DNA of 64,000 nt from Desulfobaccales bacterium (GCA_052147455.1 JBKQKO010000098.1:42236-106235); one strand, 5' to 3'; shown: positions 10,026 to 21,947, counted from the first letter of the stretch. The notes: a model not told the origin generated them from the letters alone. Made by a program: numbers and translations.

Positions 10026-10793
10026 ATGTTAAAAGCGGTGGAAAAGAAAAGGGCTTATCAGGATGTGGTCAAGCAGATCGTCAATCTCATTCAAAAGGGC
10101 AAGCTGAAGAAGGAAGACCAACTGCCCTCCGAGAGAGAATTGACCGAGACTCTCAAGGTATCCCGCACCACGGTGCGCGAAGCGATGCGTTGCCTGGAAT
10201 CGATGCGGCTGGTGGATAGTCGGCAAGGCAACGGCACGTTCGTACTGGCGTCAGGCCAGGATGTCTCGATCCAGTCTTTGTCCGCGGCCCTGTTTACTGA
10301 GAAGGACGATCTCAAGGATATCTTTTACATCCGCAAGATCATCGAACCCTCCATTGCCCAGCTGGCGGCAGAGTTTGCCAGTCCGGAAGAGCTCAAACAG
10401 TTGGAAGAAATGATCCAGGCCCATGAAGAGAACCTGGCCTCCGGGGCGAACACGGTGGACTTCGATACAGCCTTCCATATGACCCTGGCCCGGTCAGCCA
10501 AGAATCGGGTGATGAGCCGCCTGGTGAATGCCTTGATTGACCTTTTGGCTGAGTCCCGGAAAGAGATTCTCCAGAGTGACCGGCGGGCGGTGGAATCCCT
10601 GCGGGGTCATAAGATAATCCTGGACGCGGTTAAAACGGGTGATGGCGTCAGGGCGCGGGAGGCCATGCGCCGTCATTTGCAGGAGATCGAAAAACTCTTA
10701 TTCAAAGTGAAGAAAGGAGGTGGGAGGTGCAAGGTGCAAGTAGTGGCTCGGGAATACAAGATGGCAGAGTTTTTAAAACATCAGTCTGACTGA
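10026..10793 (+). CDS. GntR-family transcriptional regulator with an FCD (FadR C-terminal) ligand domain
   Basis: Winged-HTH signature LPSERELTETLKVSRTTVREAMRCLESMRLV plus a helical FCD-type C-terminus. The ATG starts 2 nt after the CDC48 stop codon. Confidence 0.9.
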   Translation: MLKAVEKKRAYQDVVKQIVNLIQKGKLKKEDQLPSERELTETLKVSRTTVREAMRCLESMRLVDSRQGNGTFVLASGQDVSIQSLSAALFTEKDDLKDIFYIRKIIEPSIAQLAAEFASPEELKQLEEMIQAHEENLASGANTVDFDTAFHMTLARSAKNRVMSRLVNALIDLLAESRKEILQSDRRAVESLRGHKIILDAVKTGDGVRAREAMRRHLQEIEKLLFKVKKGGGRCKVQVVAREYKMAEFLKHQSD

Positions 10794-10814
10794 TGACACA
10801 ATCAGGAGGGATGT

Positions 10815-11453
10815 ATGGCCAAAATTACTGAAATAACCATTTGGACCCGTGGAGTAACCATGGACAAGGAGGGCCGCGATATTGCGGGCGCCATCGGCAA
10901 AGCGGCCGAAAAGGAAGGCAAGCACGTGATGGCCTTTGATAATTACGAGGACCTCCCGGACCGCGTGTTGGTGACGACTCGCAAGTACGTCAGGATCAGC
11001 GATGAAGAGATCGAGCACAAGTATGTCTACACCAATGACCATCCTGACGTAGTCATTGTCGCGGAGCCGACCATTGTCAAAGGAATCAATGTGTTGCGGG
11101 GGATGCCCGAGGGCGGTCTCCTGCTGATCAATACCGCGCGTGACATTGACTACATGCTCCAGTTCATTCCCAACGCTGAAGTGCTCGGGGCCATCGCCAC
11201 CGTGGACGCGGACGGCATCTCGGGCGTTAAGACCGTGGATTTTTCGGGTACCGAGGGCGGCACTGACGCGGTGGGCATTGGCGCCGGGATCGCCGCGCCG
11301 ATAGTCGGCGCTATGGCCAAGATCAGCGGCCTGATCCAGAAAGAGGACCTGGCCAAGATCGTCAAGGACGTCTCCGGCATGGAAAAGGGTTATGCGGAAG
11401 TGAAGCTGCGGAAGTTTCGCAAGACCCGCGTCGAGTATTCCTGGGGCGGATGA
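10815..11453 (+). CDS. 2-oxoacid:ferredoxin oxidoreductase, gamma subunit
   Basis: Size and sequence fit the POR/VOR gamma family. It is the first gene of a gamma-delta-alpha-beta set. RBS AGGAGG. Confidence 0.75.
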   Translation: MAKITEITIWTRGVTMDKEGRDIAGAIGKAAEKEGKHVMAFDNYEDLPDRVLVTTRKYVRISDEEIEHKYVYTNDHPDVVIVAEPTIVKGINVLRGMPEGGLLLINTARDIDYMLQFIPNAEVLGAIATVDADGISGVKTVDFSGTEGGTDAVGIGAGIAAPIVGAMAKISGLIQKEDLAKIVKDVSGMEKGYAEVKLRKFRKTRVEYSWGG

Positions 11454-11499
11454 AAGACCCAATAATTCGAACTACATATGCAAAAAGGAGCATTGTGCT

Positions 11500-11853
11500 A
11501 TGTCTAAAAAGCTTCCAGAATTCGGAACCATAAACGTTCCCCATGACCGGGAAGTACCCTTCGGGGCGATTACCCCGGCCCCCGTTCGGCAGCAAGATCT
11601 TTTCGTGACCTCCAACTGGCGCATTGTGCGGCCGGTCATTGACCACGAACTATGCACCCGCTGCCTGACCTGCTATATCCACTGTCCGGATGCCTGCTGG
11701 TCTTACAATGAGAAAGAGGACCTGATGGAGTGGAACTGGAAGTTCTGCAAGGGCTGCCAGATCTGCATCCATCAGTGTCCGGTAAATGCCCTGTCACCGG
11801 TGCCGGAGCTTGATTTCCCGGATGGCGTCCACCGTTTGGAAAAACCCTTCTAG
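11500..11853 (+). CDS. 2-oxoacid:ferredoxin oxidoreductase, delta subunit (2x[4Fe-4S] ferredoxin)
   Basis: Two cysteine clusters: CTRCLTCYIHCP and CKGCQICIHQCP. Confidence 0.85.
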   Translation: MSKKLPEFGTINVPHDREVPFGAITPAPVRQQDLFVTSNWRIVRPVIDHELCTRCLTCYIHCPDACWSYNEKEDLMEWNWKFCKGCQICIHQCPVNALSPVPELDFPDGVHRLEKPF

Positions 11854-11868
11854 GGGAGGAGAAAGATT

Positions 11869-14075
<2,207 letters not shown>

Positions 14076-14150
14076 GAGAACCGGCTTATCCAAACAGGTG
14101 CAGGGTCTTCACCGACCCTGCACCGCGATCCCGGCAGGGAGGATCAATTC

Positions 14151-15434
14151 ATGAGTGCCCAGGCTGATTCTGAATCTAAGGAGACTTACAGGTCTTTAAC
14201 CAGCAAACCATGGATCCAGTTGGTGGCTGGGGTAGTTGGCATGATGATGATCTCCAGCCTCCAATATGCGTGGACGCTGTTTGTCCCCTCATTTACGCAA
14301 ACCTTTAAGTGGTCCCTTCCGGCCGTGCAACTGGCCTTTACCCTGTTTATCATTTTTATGACCTATTCGGCGCCGCTCACCGGCTATCTGTTAGACCGGT
14401 TCGGCACCCGCCTCTTCTTCACCCTGGCCGCCTTCTGTGTGGGCATCGGCTGGGGGGCCTTGGGGTTGGCCAAGTCGTTGTCTGCGCTCTATTGCTTCTA
14501 TGGCCTGGCAGGCGTAGGAGCCAGTTTTGTTTATACCGGCGGCATAGCTACCGCCCTCAAATGGTATCCCCAAAAAAGAGGCTTGGCCTCCGGTGTGATG
14601 GCGGCTGGTTTCGGCGCAGGTGCGGCGCCCTTCATCCCTTTGTTCGGGTATCTCTTGGCAAGCTACGGTTATGGGATCACTTTTCTGTGGACGGGAATAG
14701 GTTTCGGCGTCATTCTCCTCGTTGTGGCGCAAGTCCTCCATTTTCCTTCCGAGGCTCTAACCGCCAGCGTATCTGCCTCGCCGTCTGCTGCTCCCAAGGT
14801 ACAAGAGCGCGGTCTCACTCCCATGGAGATGTTGAAGAGCCCCCAATTTTACTTAATATACGTAATCTTTGTAGCCATGGCCTCCGGTTATTTGATGGTA
14901 ACGGCCCAGGCCAAGCCCTTCGCCAAAGATTTGGGCATAGCCGCCAATATTGTTATCCTCGCCGTTACCCTGAACAGCATCGGCAATGGCCTGGGGCGTG
15001 TAGTGTGGGGCTTTCTCTCCGACAAGTTGGGACGTGAGAATGCCATGGTGATTGACTTTCTCATTTGCGCCGTGGCCGTGGCCTTGCTGCCGGTCCTGGG
15101 GCGCAACCCTATCTTCTTTGTGCTGTTGATCGTGGTGGCTATGTTCAGCTTCGGTCCAATTTTTGCCTTTTTCCCGCCCATCACCGCGGACCGCTTCGGC
15201 ACCGCCTATCTGGCGACCAACTATGGCTTCCTTTACAGTGCCAAGGGCCTCGGCGGTATCGTCGGCGGAGTTATCGTTTCTTCCCTCATGATTTGGGTCG
15301 GCTGGACCTTCACCTTTTACGGTGCCGCCGCCCTGGCCGTGCTGGCGGCTTTGGGGGCGCTCATCTTGAAGTATGTCTCCAAGCCGGATTTGGGGAAAGC
15401 TATTGCCCCCGCGGGGAAGCAGTCTTTTTCCTGA
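14151..15434 (+). CDS. MFS transporter of the oxalate/formate antiporter (OFA) family
   Basis: 427 aa, roughly 12 TM helices. OFA-type N-terminus (W.QLVAGVV.MM.ISSLQYAW.LF...), the family that contains OxlT. Confidence 0.8.
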   Translation: MSAQADSESKETYRSLTSKPWIQLVAGVVGMMMISSLQYAWTLFVPSFTQTFKWSLPAVQLAFTLFIIFMTYSAPLTGYLLDRFGTRLFFTLAAFCVGIGWGALGLAKSLSALYCFYGLAGVGASFVYTGGIATALKWYPQKRGLASGVMAAGFGAGAAPFIPLFGYLLASYGYGITFLWTGIGFGVILLVVAQVLHFPSEALTASVSASPSAAPKVQERGLTPMEMLKSPQFYLIYVIFVAMASGYLMVTAQAKPFAKDLGIAANIVILAVTLNSIGNGLGRVVWGFLSDKLGRENAMVIDFLICAVAVALLPVLGRNPIFFVLLIVVAMFSFGPIFAFFPPITADRFGTAYLATNYGFLYSAKGLGGIVGGVIVSSLMIWVGWTFTFYGAAALAVLAALGALILKYVSKPDLGKAIAPAGKQSFS

Positions 15435-15447
15435 AGGGCGCCGTCCA

Positions 15448-15633
15448 ATGAGATTCTTACTTGCTGGTGGAGCGGGAGCAGTGGGCCGGGGCCTCACCTC
15501 AGCCTGGTTAGGAATGAGCCCTGAGGTGAGGGTTCTCGACACCCGCACCGAAGGCTGCCCCCGCCCAGGTCAGAAAAACCTGGAACTGATCCCGGGGAAG
15601 GTGGCAGATCCCTCTCACACCTGCAGCTTTTGA
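15448..15633 (+). pseudogene. N-terminal fragment of an NAD(P)-dependent epimerase/dehydratase
   Basis: 61 aa, MRFLLAGGAGAVGRGL...VRVLD, a Rossmann GxxGxxG start. It terminates after about 60 codons, whereas full genes are about 300 aa. Confidence 0.35.
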
Positions 15634-15705
15634 GGCCTTGGGGATAAGACTCTGGTTCTGGCAAGTAACTATGATGCCAAGGAAAGCGACGGGCCTCTCC
15701 AGTTT

Positions 15706-16440
15706 TCATGGATAGGTCTGCCGGGTCGGCATGATCAAAATCTCCTGGGGGTTGACATTGGCTGGCTGGGCGAAGGCATAGACCAGGACATTGGCAATGT
15801 CCTCGGGCTTGAGGGCGGCGAGCTGGTCGCGGCGGGCCTTCAACTCCCCTTTGGGAATGTTGTAACCCCAATTGGTGTAAACCGCCCCGGGCTCGATGAG
15901 CGAAACCCGGATGCCCTCGGGGCCGAGTTCCTTCCGCAGGGCATCGTGCAGGCCGACCACCGCGAATTTGGTCGCATTGTAGACGGCAAATCCGGCAATG
16001 CCATGGCGCCCGCCCACGCTTGAAACCGTTGCGATCATCGCACCCGGGCGGCCGCGCATCAGGGGAATGGCCTTACGGGTGCAAAACAACACCCCATAGA
16101 GGTTGACATCGATAGTAGCCCGCCATTCCTCGGTTTTGCCTTCAACAAAGGAACCGCCATAGCCTATTCCGGCATTATTGAAGAGGAGGTCAAGGCCACC
16201 AAAGCGGTGCTGTACTTCGGCAAAAAGGCGCTCCACGGCAGCCTCATCGCCGACATCCGTGGGCAACGCCAGGGCCAACGAGCCCAGTTCCTGGGCCAGC
16301 GGCTGAAGACGATCGACTGAACGGGCCGCCAGGACCACCTGTACTCCCTCGGCCACCAGGGCTCGGGAAGCAGCTTCGCCGATCCCGCTCGATGCCCCGG
16401 TCACCACCGCCACCTTGCCGCTCAAATTGGTCAATTGCAT
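15706..16440 (-). CDS. Short-chain dehydrogenase/reductase (SDR)
   Basis: TGASSGIG cofactor motif, NNAG and a YNATK catalytic motif. The start is set at the ATG preceded by AGGGGG. Confidence 0.85.
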   Translation of the reverse strand: MQLTNLSGKVAVVTGASSGIGEAASRALVAEGVQVVLAARSVDRLQPLAQELGSLALALPTDVGDEAAVERLFAEVQHRFGGLDLLFNNAGIGYGGSFVEGKTEEWRATIDVNLYGVLFCTRKAIPLMRGRPGAMIATVSSVGGRHGIAGFAVYNATKFAVVGLHDALRKELGPEGIRVSLIEPGAVYTNWGYNIPKGELKARRDQLAALKPEDIANVLVYAFAQPANVNPQEILIMPTRQTYP

Positions 16441-16519
16441 GATCTTGGCCCCCTGGAAGTCCATCATGATGGCCCGGTTAAAATCCGGCTGGATCAACTC
16501 TTCAGGAAAGCATACCAGC

Positions 16520-16714
16520 TCACGTCAAGGTCTTTTTATCCTTCTTTTGCTTGGCGTATTTCTGCGGCTGGGCCGCGAACTGGTCCCGGCAAAGCTCCGA
16601 ACAGAACCAGTAGGTTTCGTCTTCAAAGTCATATGCGAATTTGCCGTGCATGGTGGTCAGGTCAATACTGCACACCGGATCCACGTCGCATCGGGGCGTA
16701 CTCTTTTCGGTCAC
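16520..16714 (-). CDS. YHS/TRASH-domain small metal-binding protein
   Basis: 64 aa. DPVC....TTMHGKFAYDFEDETYWFCSELCRDQF matches the YHS domain pattern. Confidence 0.75.
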   Translation of the reverse strand: MTEKSTPRCDVDPVCSIDLTTMHGKFAYDFEDETYWFCSELCRDQFAAQPQKYAKQKKDKKTLT

Positions 16715-16822
16715 GGATTATGCCCTCCTCAACATTTTTTTTTAAGTTAATTATCCGGAGCCTGGGCGTCAAGGCAGCGCCAGGAGCAGGCCACCGGTGA
16801 GGACGCCCGCGTCACCTATTGC

Positions 16823-17815
16823 TTAATCAGGGAAGTTGCTTGAATTACTTAGCTTTTTGCAGAGGTCCCTCGTCCGCTGGCTCAATCTTGCGAAGTCACT
16901 GACCTCCACCGCCGCCGCGGCCAGGGCTTCCTTGAGCCGCGGACTGAGAAGGGCGGTCAACTCTTGCCGGCGGCGGTAAGCCGGCAGTCCCGGGTCGGCG
17001 TAAAGCCCGGGATGGCTGTAAATCTCGGTGACCCCCGCCTGCAGCCGGGGAATCAGGTCCAGGAGATAGGTTTCGGTCATGCGGCCATGGTTTAACAGAC
17101 CAAAGAGCCGGTCGTTATAAAAGAGCCCCGCGTCCTGGGCCTGGCGCCGCGCCCGGCGGCAGAGCAAGGCGAAGATGAGCCCCTGCGCCAGCTTGGGAAA
17201 GGGATGGTCCGGGGCCAGGGCCAGGGTGGTGCGCCAGTCCTCCCGGGCCAGACGCACCGCGGGGATAGAGTATTCCCGGGCCAGCTCCACCACCAGGGGA
17301 AAAATTCTCGGGTGCAGGTGCAGGTTGAGGTGGCTGTTCAGGTGCCAGGGGGAGAGGCCCAGCCGCAGCACCGCCTCGATCTGGGCCGCCAATTCCCGGC
17401 GGATTTCCGGCAGGAGCCGCGGATAAAAGAAATAGCGCCAGCCCACCGCCACGGGCCGGTTGCCGAAATGACCCCGGGCGTCCACCAGATGAGGAATTTT
17501 TTCGGGGGGCGAAATGGCCCGGCCTTTGATGAGGGTGAGATGCACCCCCAGGCAGAGGCCGGGAAGCTCCCGGGCCAGGCGAACGGCCGCCTCCACTTGT
17601 GGCCCAGCCGCCATCAGGCTGGCGCAGCGGAGCAGCCCCTGGCGGTGTGCCAGGGCCACCGCGCCGTTCACGGCCTCGGATAAGCCAAAATCATCCGCGC
17701 TGAAGATAACGGTGCGGCCGGTGCAGCCCCCTCGAGAGGGGGAGGCCAGGGACCCGCAGCCGCCGGCCCTTGCCGCCGCCCTCCCCTCCCCCGCGGCCTT
17801 CACCCCCGCACCCAA
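16823..17815 (-). CDS. hpnK: ChbG/YdjC-family deacetylase, hopanoid-associated HpnK-like
   Basis: VIFSADDFGLSEAVNGAV..AH..G.L...SLM and HLN.H.H.HP motifs of the YdjC family. It lies directly downstream of the hpnJ-like gene. The N-terminal extension and start are uncertain. Confidence 0.75.
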   Translation of the reverse strand: MGAGVKAAGEGRAAARAGGCGSLASPSRGGCTGRTVIFSADDFGLSEAVNGAVALAHRQGLLRCASLMAAGPQVEAAVRLARELPGLCLGVHLTLIKGRAISPPEKIPHLVDARGHFGNRPVAVGWRYFFYPRLLPEIRRELAAQIEAVLRLGLSPWHLNSHLNLHLHPRIFPLVVELAREYSIPAVRLAREDWRTTLALAPDHPFPKLAQGLIFALLCRRARRQAQDAGLFYNDRLFGLLNHGRMTETYLLDLIPRLQAGVTEIYSHPGLYADPGLPAYRRRQELTALLSPRLKEALAAAAVEVSDFARLSQRTRDLCKKLSNSSNFPD

Positions 17816-17872
17816 TGGCGGCCCTCCAGCAAGGCGGCCACGCCCACCATGCGGCTCAGGGTTCCTTAGCCG

Positions 17873-19330
17873 TTATCGGCAACTATCCCCAGCCTCCACC
17901 TCGGCCTCCGGGCACTGGCGCCGCCGGAACATGAAGCTTAAAAACTGCCGGCCTTCCTTGAGCAGCCGCCGCCGTTCCCCGGAATCCCGCAGCATCACCA
18001 GGGCCGTCCGGCCCATGTAGCTGGGGCGAAAGTAAAAGCGGCGGTAAAACTTGGGCACCGCCGCGAAGATCTCCGCCGCCGACAGACCCGGATAATCCAC
18101 CACGCACTGTTGATACCCAGTCGTGCCTTGCACCTGGGCCTCGTCCCGCAAATATCCGCGCTCCCGGCAAAAGTCGTAAAACTCGGTGCCCGGATAGGGA
18201 GTGGCCAGGGAAACCTGGATGGTGTCCGGGTCCAGCTCACAGGCAAATCGCGTGGAGGCCTCCAGGCTGGCCCGGGTTTCCCCCGGCAGGCCCACCATGA
18301 AGGTGCCGTGCACCTGAATGCCCAATTCCCGGCACCACTTGACCAGGCGGCGTCCCAGGTCCAGGGTGGCGCCCTTGCGAATGTTTTTTAAGACCTGGGG
18401 GTCGCCGGTCTCGAAACCCACCACCAGCAGCCGCAGCCCCCCCTCCTTCATGGCCTTTAGGGTCTCGTAGGAAGTGGTGACCCGGGCGGTGGTGGACCAG
18501 AGAAAGTTTTTGAGGCCGCGGAATTCACGGCTCAGGCTGCGGGCCCGTTCGCCGTTGGCGGTGAAGGTATCATCGTCGAAAAAGATCTCCGCGGCCTGGG
18601 GGAACAACTCCAGGCTGCGGCGCACTTCCGCCACCACGTTGGCCACGCTCCTGACCCGGTAGCGCCGGCCGGTGAAGGTCTGGGGCCAGAGGCAGTAAAC
18701 GCAATGGCTCGGGCAGCCCCGGCCGGTATAAAAGGAGACGTACGGGTAGCGCAGATAGGGAATCTGATAGTTTTCCATCCTCAGATCCCGGTGATAGATT
18801 TCGGTGACCATGGGCAGGGCGTCCAGGTCTTCGAGGTAGGGCCGATCCGGGTTGTGATGAATGGCATCGCCCTGCCGGTAGCTGACCCCCTGGATTTCCT
18901 GCCAGGGACGTCCCTGGGCGATCTCCGCCAGCGCATAGTCGAATTCCCGGCGGGCCACGAAATCCACCTGGGGGCCGGCGGACAACGATTCCTGGGCCAG
19001 GATGCTCACCTGGGGCCCCACCAGGCCTACCAGCAAATGCGGGTTTTTCTCTTTGAGGAGGGTAACCGTTTTCAGATCGTGCCGAAAAGAGGCGCTGGAG
19101 GTGAAGAGCACCGCCAATTCGAAATCGCTGCCCAGGGACGCCACCTGAGCCACCGTCAGGTTTTCCGGCGGGGCGTCCACTACCCGGCTCTCGGGAATGA
19201 GTCCGGCCGGGTAACAGAGCCAGGTGGGATACCAAAAGGAGGTGACCTCCCGGGTGGCCTGGTAGCGCGAACCGGCGCCGCCATCAAAATCCTGGAATGA
19301 CGGCGGGTTGAGCAAAAGGGTGCGTTTCAT
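17873..19330 (-). CDS. hpnJ: B12-binding radical SAM protein, hopanoid-associated HpnJ-like
   Basis: 485 aa. The N-terminus MKRTLLLNPPSFQDFDGGAGSRYQA.REV.SFWYPTWL is typical of HpnJ. Radical SAM cysteine motif GRGCPSHCVYC. Confidence 0.8.
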   Translation of the reverse strand: MKRTLLLNPPSFQDFDGGAGSRYQATREVTSFWYPTWLCYPAGLIPESRVVDAPPENLTVAQVASLGSDFELAVLFTSSASFRHDLKTVTLLKEKNPHLLVGLVGPQVSILAQESLSAGPQVDFVARREFDYALAEIAQGRPWQEIQGVSYRQGDAIHHNPDRPYLEDLDALPMVTEIYHRDLRMENYQIPYLRYPYVSFYTGRGCPSHCVYCLWPQTFTGRRYRVRSVANVVAEVRRSLELFPQAAEIFFDDDTFTANGERARSLSREFRGLKNFLWSTTARVTTSYETLKAMKEGGLRLLVVGFETGDPQVLKNIRKGATLDLGRRLVKWCRELGIQVHGTFMVGLPGETRASLEASTRFACELDPDTIQVSLATPYPGTEFYDFCRERGYLRDEAQVQGTTGYQQCVVDYPGLSAAEIFAAVPKFYRRFYFRPSYMGRTALVMLRDSGERRRLLKEGRQFLSFMFRRRQCPEAEVEAGDSCR

Positions 19331-19547
19331 AGATTAATCCTTGAGGAGCTTCGATCTGTGATCCGGGGAGGAACCTGGCAGCGAGCGCCGCCCCCCATAA
19401 GCAGGTGGTTATGATTGTTGAATATTATCCGAGATGCGCGGTCTTGTCCAGGAAATAGCGGGCCGGTGTCCAGGCGGGGGCGTCCCCAGTCATCGGTCCG
19501 TTTCATAATCGGGCTGACATAAGATTAAAATTAGGGGGCCTGGCCCC

Positions 19548-19581
19548 AAAAAAAGCGTTCCCAAACCGGAGCTTGGAAACG
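19548..19581 (-). terminator. Intrinsic terminator after the response-regulator gene
   Basis: On the minus strand: CGTTTCCAA-GCTCCGG-TTGGGAACG hairpin followed by CTTTTTTT. Confidence 0.6.
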
Positions 19582-19643
19582 TGAAACTGGCAATTCATTG
19601 AATAATATTCTTTTCGAAAGAAAACTGACCAAAAATTGCAGGT

Positions 19644-20291
19644 TTACAGAGTGGTGAGGCCCTCCCGGATGGCGTACTTGGTGAGTTCCGCCACGCTGTG
19701 CATCTTAAGTTTTTGCATCATTTGCTGCCGGTGGGTTTCCACGGTCTTGACGCTTACGTGGAGGCATTCGGCTATTTGATTGGTGGACTTGCCTTCGGCC
19801 ATCAACTGCAGCACCTCTCGCTCACGGTTGCTGAGAACGGAGAAGGCCGAGACCTCCGAGCCCAGCGGCGTCTGCACATAATCCTTCACCACGATGTCGG
19901 CGATCCCCGGGCTGAGAAAAGTCTTGTGGGCCATCACCACCCGAATGGCCCGCACCAACTCCTCGCTGGCGCAATCCTTCAGGAGATAACCGGAGGCCCC
20001 GGCTTTGAGCATATTGGCCACAAAACGCCGGTCGGCGTACATGGAAAGGGCGATTACCTTCATCTTGGGCATTTCGGAGATGATTTGCCGGGTAGCTTCA
20101 ATGCCATTCAGATCCGGCATGGCCACATCCATAATGATCACATCGGCATGGCAATCCCGGGCCAGCCGCACCGTGTTCCGGCCATTCTCGGCTTCGGCCA
20201 CCACCTCCAGGTCCGATTCCCTTTCCAGCAAGGTGCGCAGTCCCTGGCGGACGATCTGGTGATCGTCGGCAATGAGAACTTTGATAGCCAT
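19644..20291 (-). CDS. NarL/LuxR-family response regulator (REC + HTH)
   Basis: LIADDH, MDV.MPDLNG, and the C-terminal LSNREREVL.L.AEGKS..QIAE.L.VS.KTVE.H. Confidence 0.9.
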   Translation of the reverse strand: MAIKVLIADDHQIVRQGLRTLLERESDLEVVAEAENGRNTVRLARDCHADVIIMDVAMPDLNGIEATRQIISEMPKMKVIALSMYADRRFVANMLKAGASGYLLKDCASEELVRAIRVVMAHKTFLSPGIADIVVKDYVQTPLGSEVSAFSVLSNREREVLQLMAEGKSTNQIAECLHVSVKTVETHRQQMMQKLKMHSVAELTKYAIREGLTTL

Positions 20292-20314
20292 GCCACCATC
20301 CCCCCGCCTTGAAG

Positions 20315-21778
20315 TTAATAGTTAAGTGGCGCCACCAGAGTCAACCGGCTCCCTTGGCCCGGCTCAAATTCCACCTCCAGACGCCCGCCCAGATACTGCA
20401 AACGCTCCCGGATGCCGAAGAGCCCCAGGCCGTTGGGAGAGATCAGGGGCGACCCGGCCCTCGGGTCCCATCCGACCCCGTCATTTTCGATGCTTACCTG
20501 CACCTCCGCAAGGCTCCGCCTGATGAGAACCAAAATATTTTTGGCCTTGCCCTCCTTGACTACCTTCAGCAGCAGTTCCCGCACCAGATGAAAGAGGAGA
20601 ATCCGGCTATCATCGTTCAGGGGCTTGGGGCTTTGATCAGCGGTCACCTTCAGGTGAATGCCGCTTTGCTCCTGGATTAGCTCCGCCAGCCACTCCACTG
20701 CGGCCTCAAAACCCAGGTCGTAAAGGATGGGCGGGCTGAGTTCGAAGGTCAGGGATCTGGTGTACCGGATAGTCTGATCGAGGAGTTGGCGGATCTCGTC
20801 CATGGCCCCGCTCAGACCGGCGGGGGCCGCTTCCCGGAAGGCTCCCAGTTTGATTTGCGCCAGGGCCAGGATCTGTCCCACCTGGTCGTGGAGCTCGGTG
20901 GCCAGGCGCCGCCGTTCCTGCTCTTCAGCCAGGGATAACTGCAAGGCCATGGAGCGGAGCTTCCCCCGGTAGTCGTGAATCTCGGCTTCCACTTGTTTCT
21001 GCTCGCTAATATCCTCCAGCATGGCGATGACCAGCGGCACCTCGCCGGCAGCGGAAAACGAGAGCCACAGGCGGCCCCAGGACAACTGGCCATTTTTCCG
21101 CCGATAGTGACCCTCGACCTGACAGGCCTGGTGAACCCCGTCAGCCAGTCCTTTGAAAAGCTCGCGGCAGCTGCTGGCCTCTCCGGTCAGGATGAATTCG
21201 TTAAACTCTTGATGGCGCAGTTCGTCCTGACCATACCCCAGCAGTTCCTGCAAGGTGGGATTGCTCGCCACTATCCGCCAATTTTCGTCCAACAGGGCGA
21301 TACCCAGGGGAGACTTCTCAAAAATCGTGCGAAAACGGGCTTCACTATCCCGTATCAGGTATAAATAGTCCTGAATGGCCAGGTCGGGAATGCCTTGGCT
21401 GAGAAAAATCTTCCGGGCCTGGACCACCCGGATGGCCACGACCAACTCTTCAAAGACCCTCTCTTTGAGGAGGTAGCCGAAGGCCCCTGCCTTGAGAACC
21501 TCCGCTACGAATCTACGGTCGCCGTGCAGGGACAGGCCGATCACCTTGGCCAGGGGGGCGGCGGCCGCCATCCGCCGCACCGCCTCCAGGCCAGGCAAAT
21601 CGGCGCCGGCCAGGTCCAGGATGACCACGTCCGGATTAACCTCCTGCGCCAAACCCAGCGCCGCTTCTCCGGTGCCGACTTCCGCCGCTACCTGGAAGTC
21701 CGGTTCCTGGTCCAAAAGGGCCCGCAATTCCTGGCGGACGGTATGGTGGTCATCGGCAAGGAGGATTCTGATGGCCAT
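20315..21778 (-). CDS. Hybrid sensor kinase: N-terminal REC, PAS, HisKA_3 and HATPase domains
   Basis: MAIRILLADDHH receiver, a PAS region (FEKSPLGIALLDENWRIV.SN), an H-box LATELHDQVGQ (NarX/HisKA_3 type), and an ATPase G-box GLGLFGIRERL. The internal ATG at 21778 is preferred. Confidence 0.85.
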   Translation of the reverse strand: MAIRILLADDHHTVRQELRALLDQEPDFQVAAEVGTGEAALGLAQEVNPDVVILDLAGADLPGLEAVRRMAAAAPLAKVIGLSLHGDRRFVAEVLKAGAFGYLLKERVFEELVVAIRVVQARKIFLSQGIPDLAIQDYLYLIRDSEARFRTIFEKSPLGIALLDENWRIVASNPTLQELLGYGQDELRHQEFNEFILTGEASSCRELFKGLADGVHQACQVEGHYRRKNGQLSWGRLWLSFSAAGEVPLVIAMLEDISEQKQVEAEIHDYRGKLRSMALQLSLAEEQERRRLATELHDQVGQILALAQIKLGAFREAAPAGLSGAMDEIRQLLDQTIRYTRSLTFELSPPILYDLGFEAAVEWLAELIQEQSGIHLKVTADQSPKPLNDDSRILLFHLVRELLLKVVKEGKAKNILVLIRRSLAEVQVSIENDGVGWDPRAGSPLISPNGLGLFGIRERLQYLGGRLEVEFEPGQGSRLTLVAPLNY

Positions 21779-21834
21779 GGTTTCCCTGAAAAAAAACGCA
21801 ATTATTCTTGGACAATTGTAACCTGCATAATCCC

Positions 21835-21864
21835 AAAAAAAAAGGTCTCCACGGGAGGGACCTG
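21835..21864 (-). terminator. Intrinsic terminator after tadC
   Basis: On the minus strand: GC-rich hairpin GGTCCCTCCCGTGGAGACC followed by a run of nine T. Confidence 0.6.
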
Positions 21865-21947
21865 GTATCTTCCTTTTCCCGGGGCTAACCAGCAATCATT
21901 GCCTTCAAGTCAACAAGTTTCTCCTGGCCCGTCAGGCCCCTCAGCGC

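Noticed and set aside
14309-15037. 242-aa alternative-frame ORF inside the MFS transporter gene
   Set aside because: It is an Arg/Gly/Pro-rich out-of-frame translation. The in-frame product has a clean 12-TM MFS pattern.
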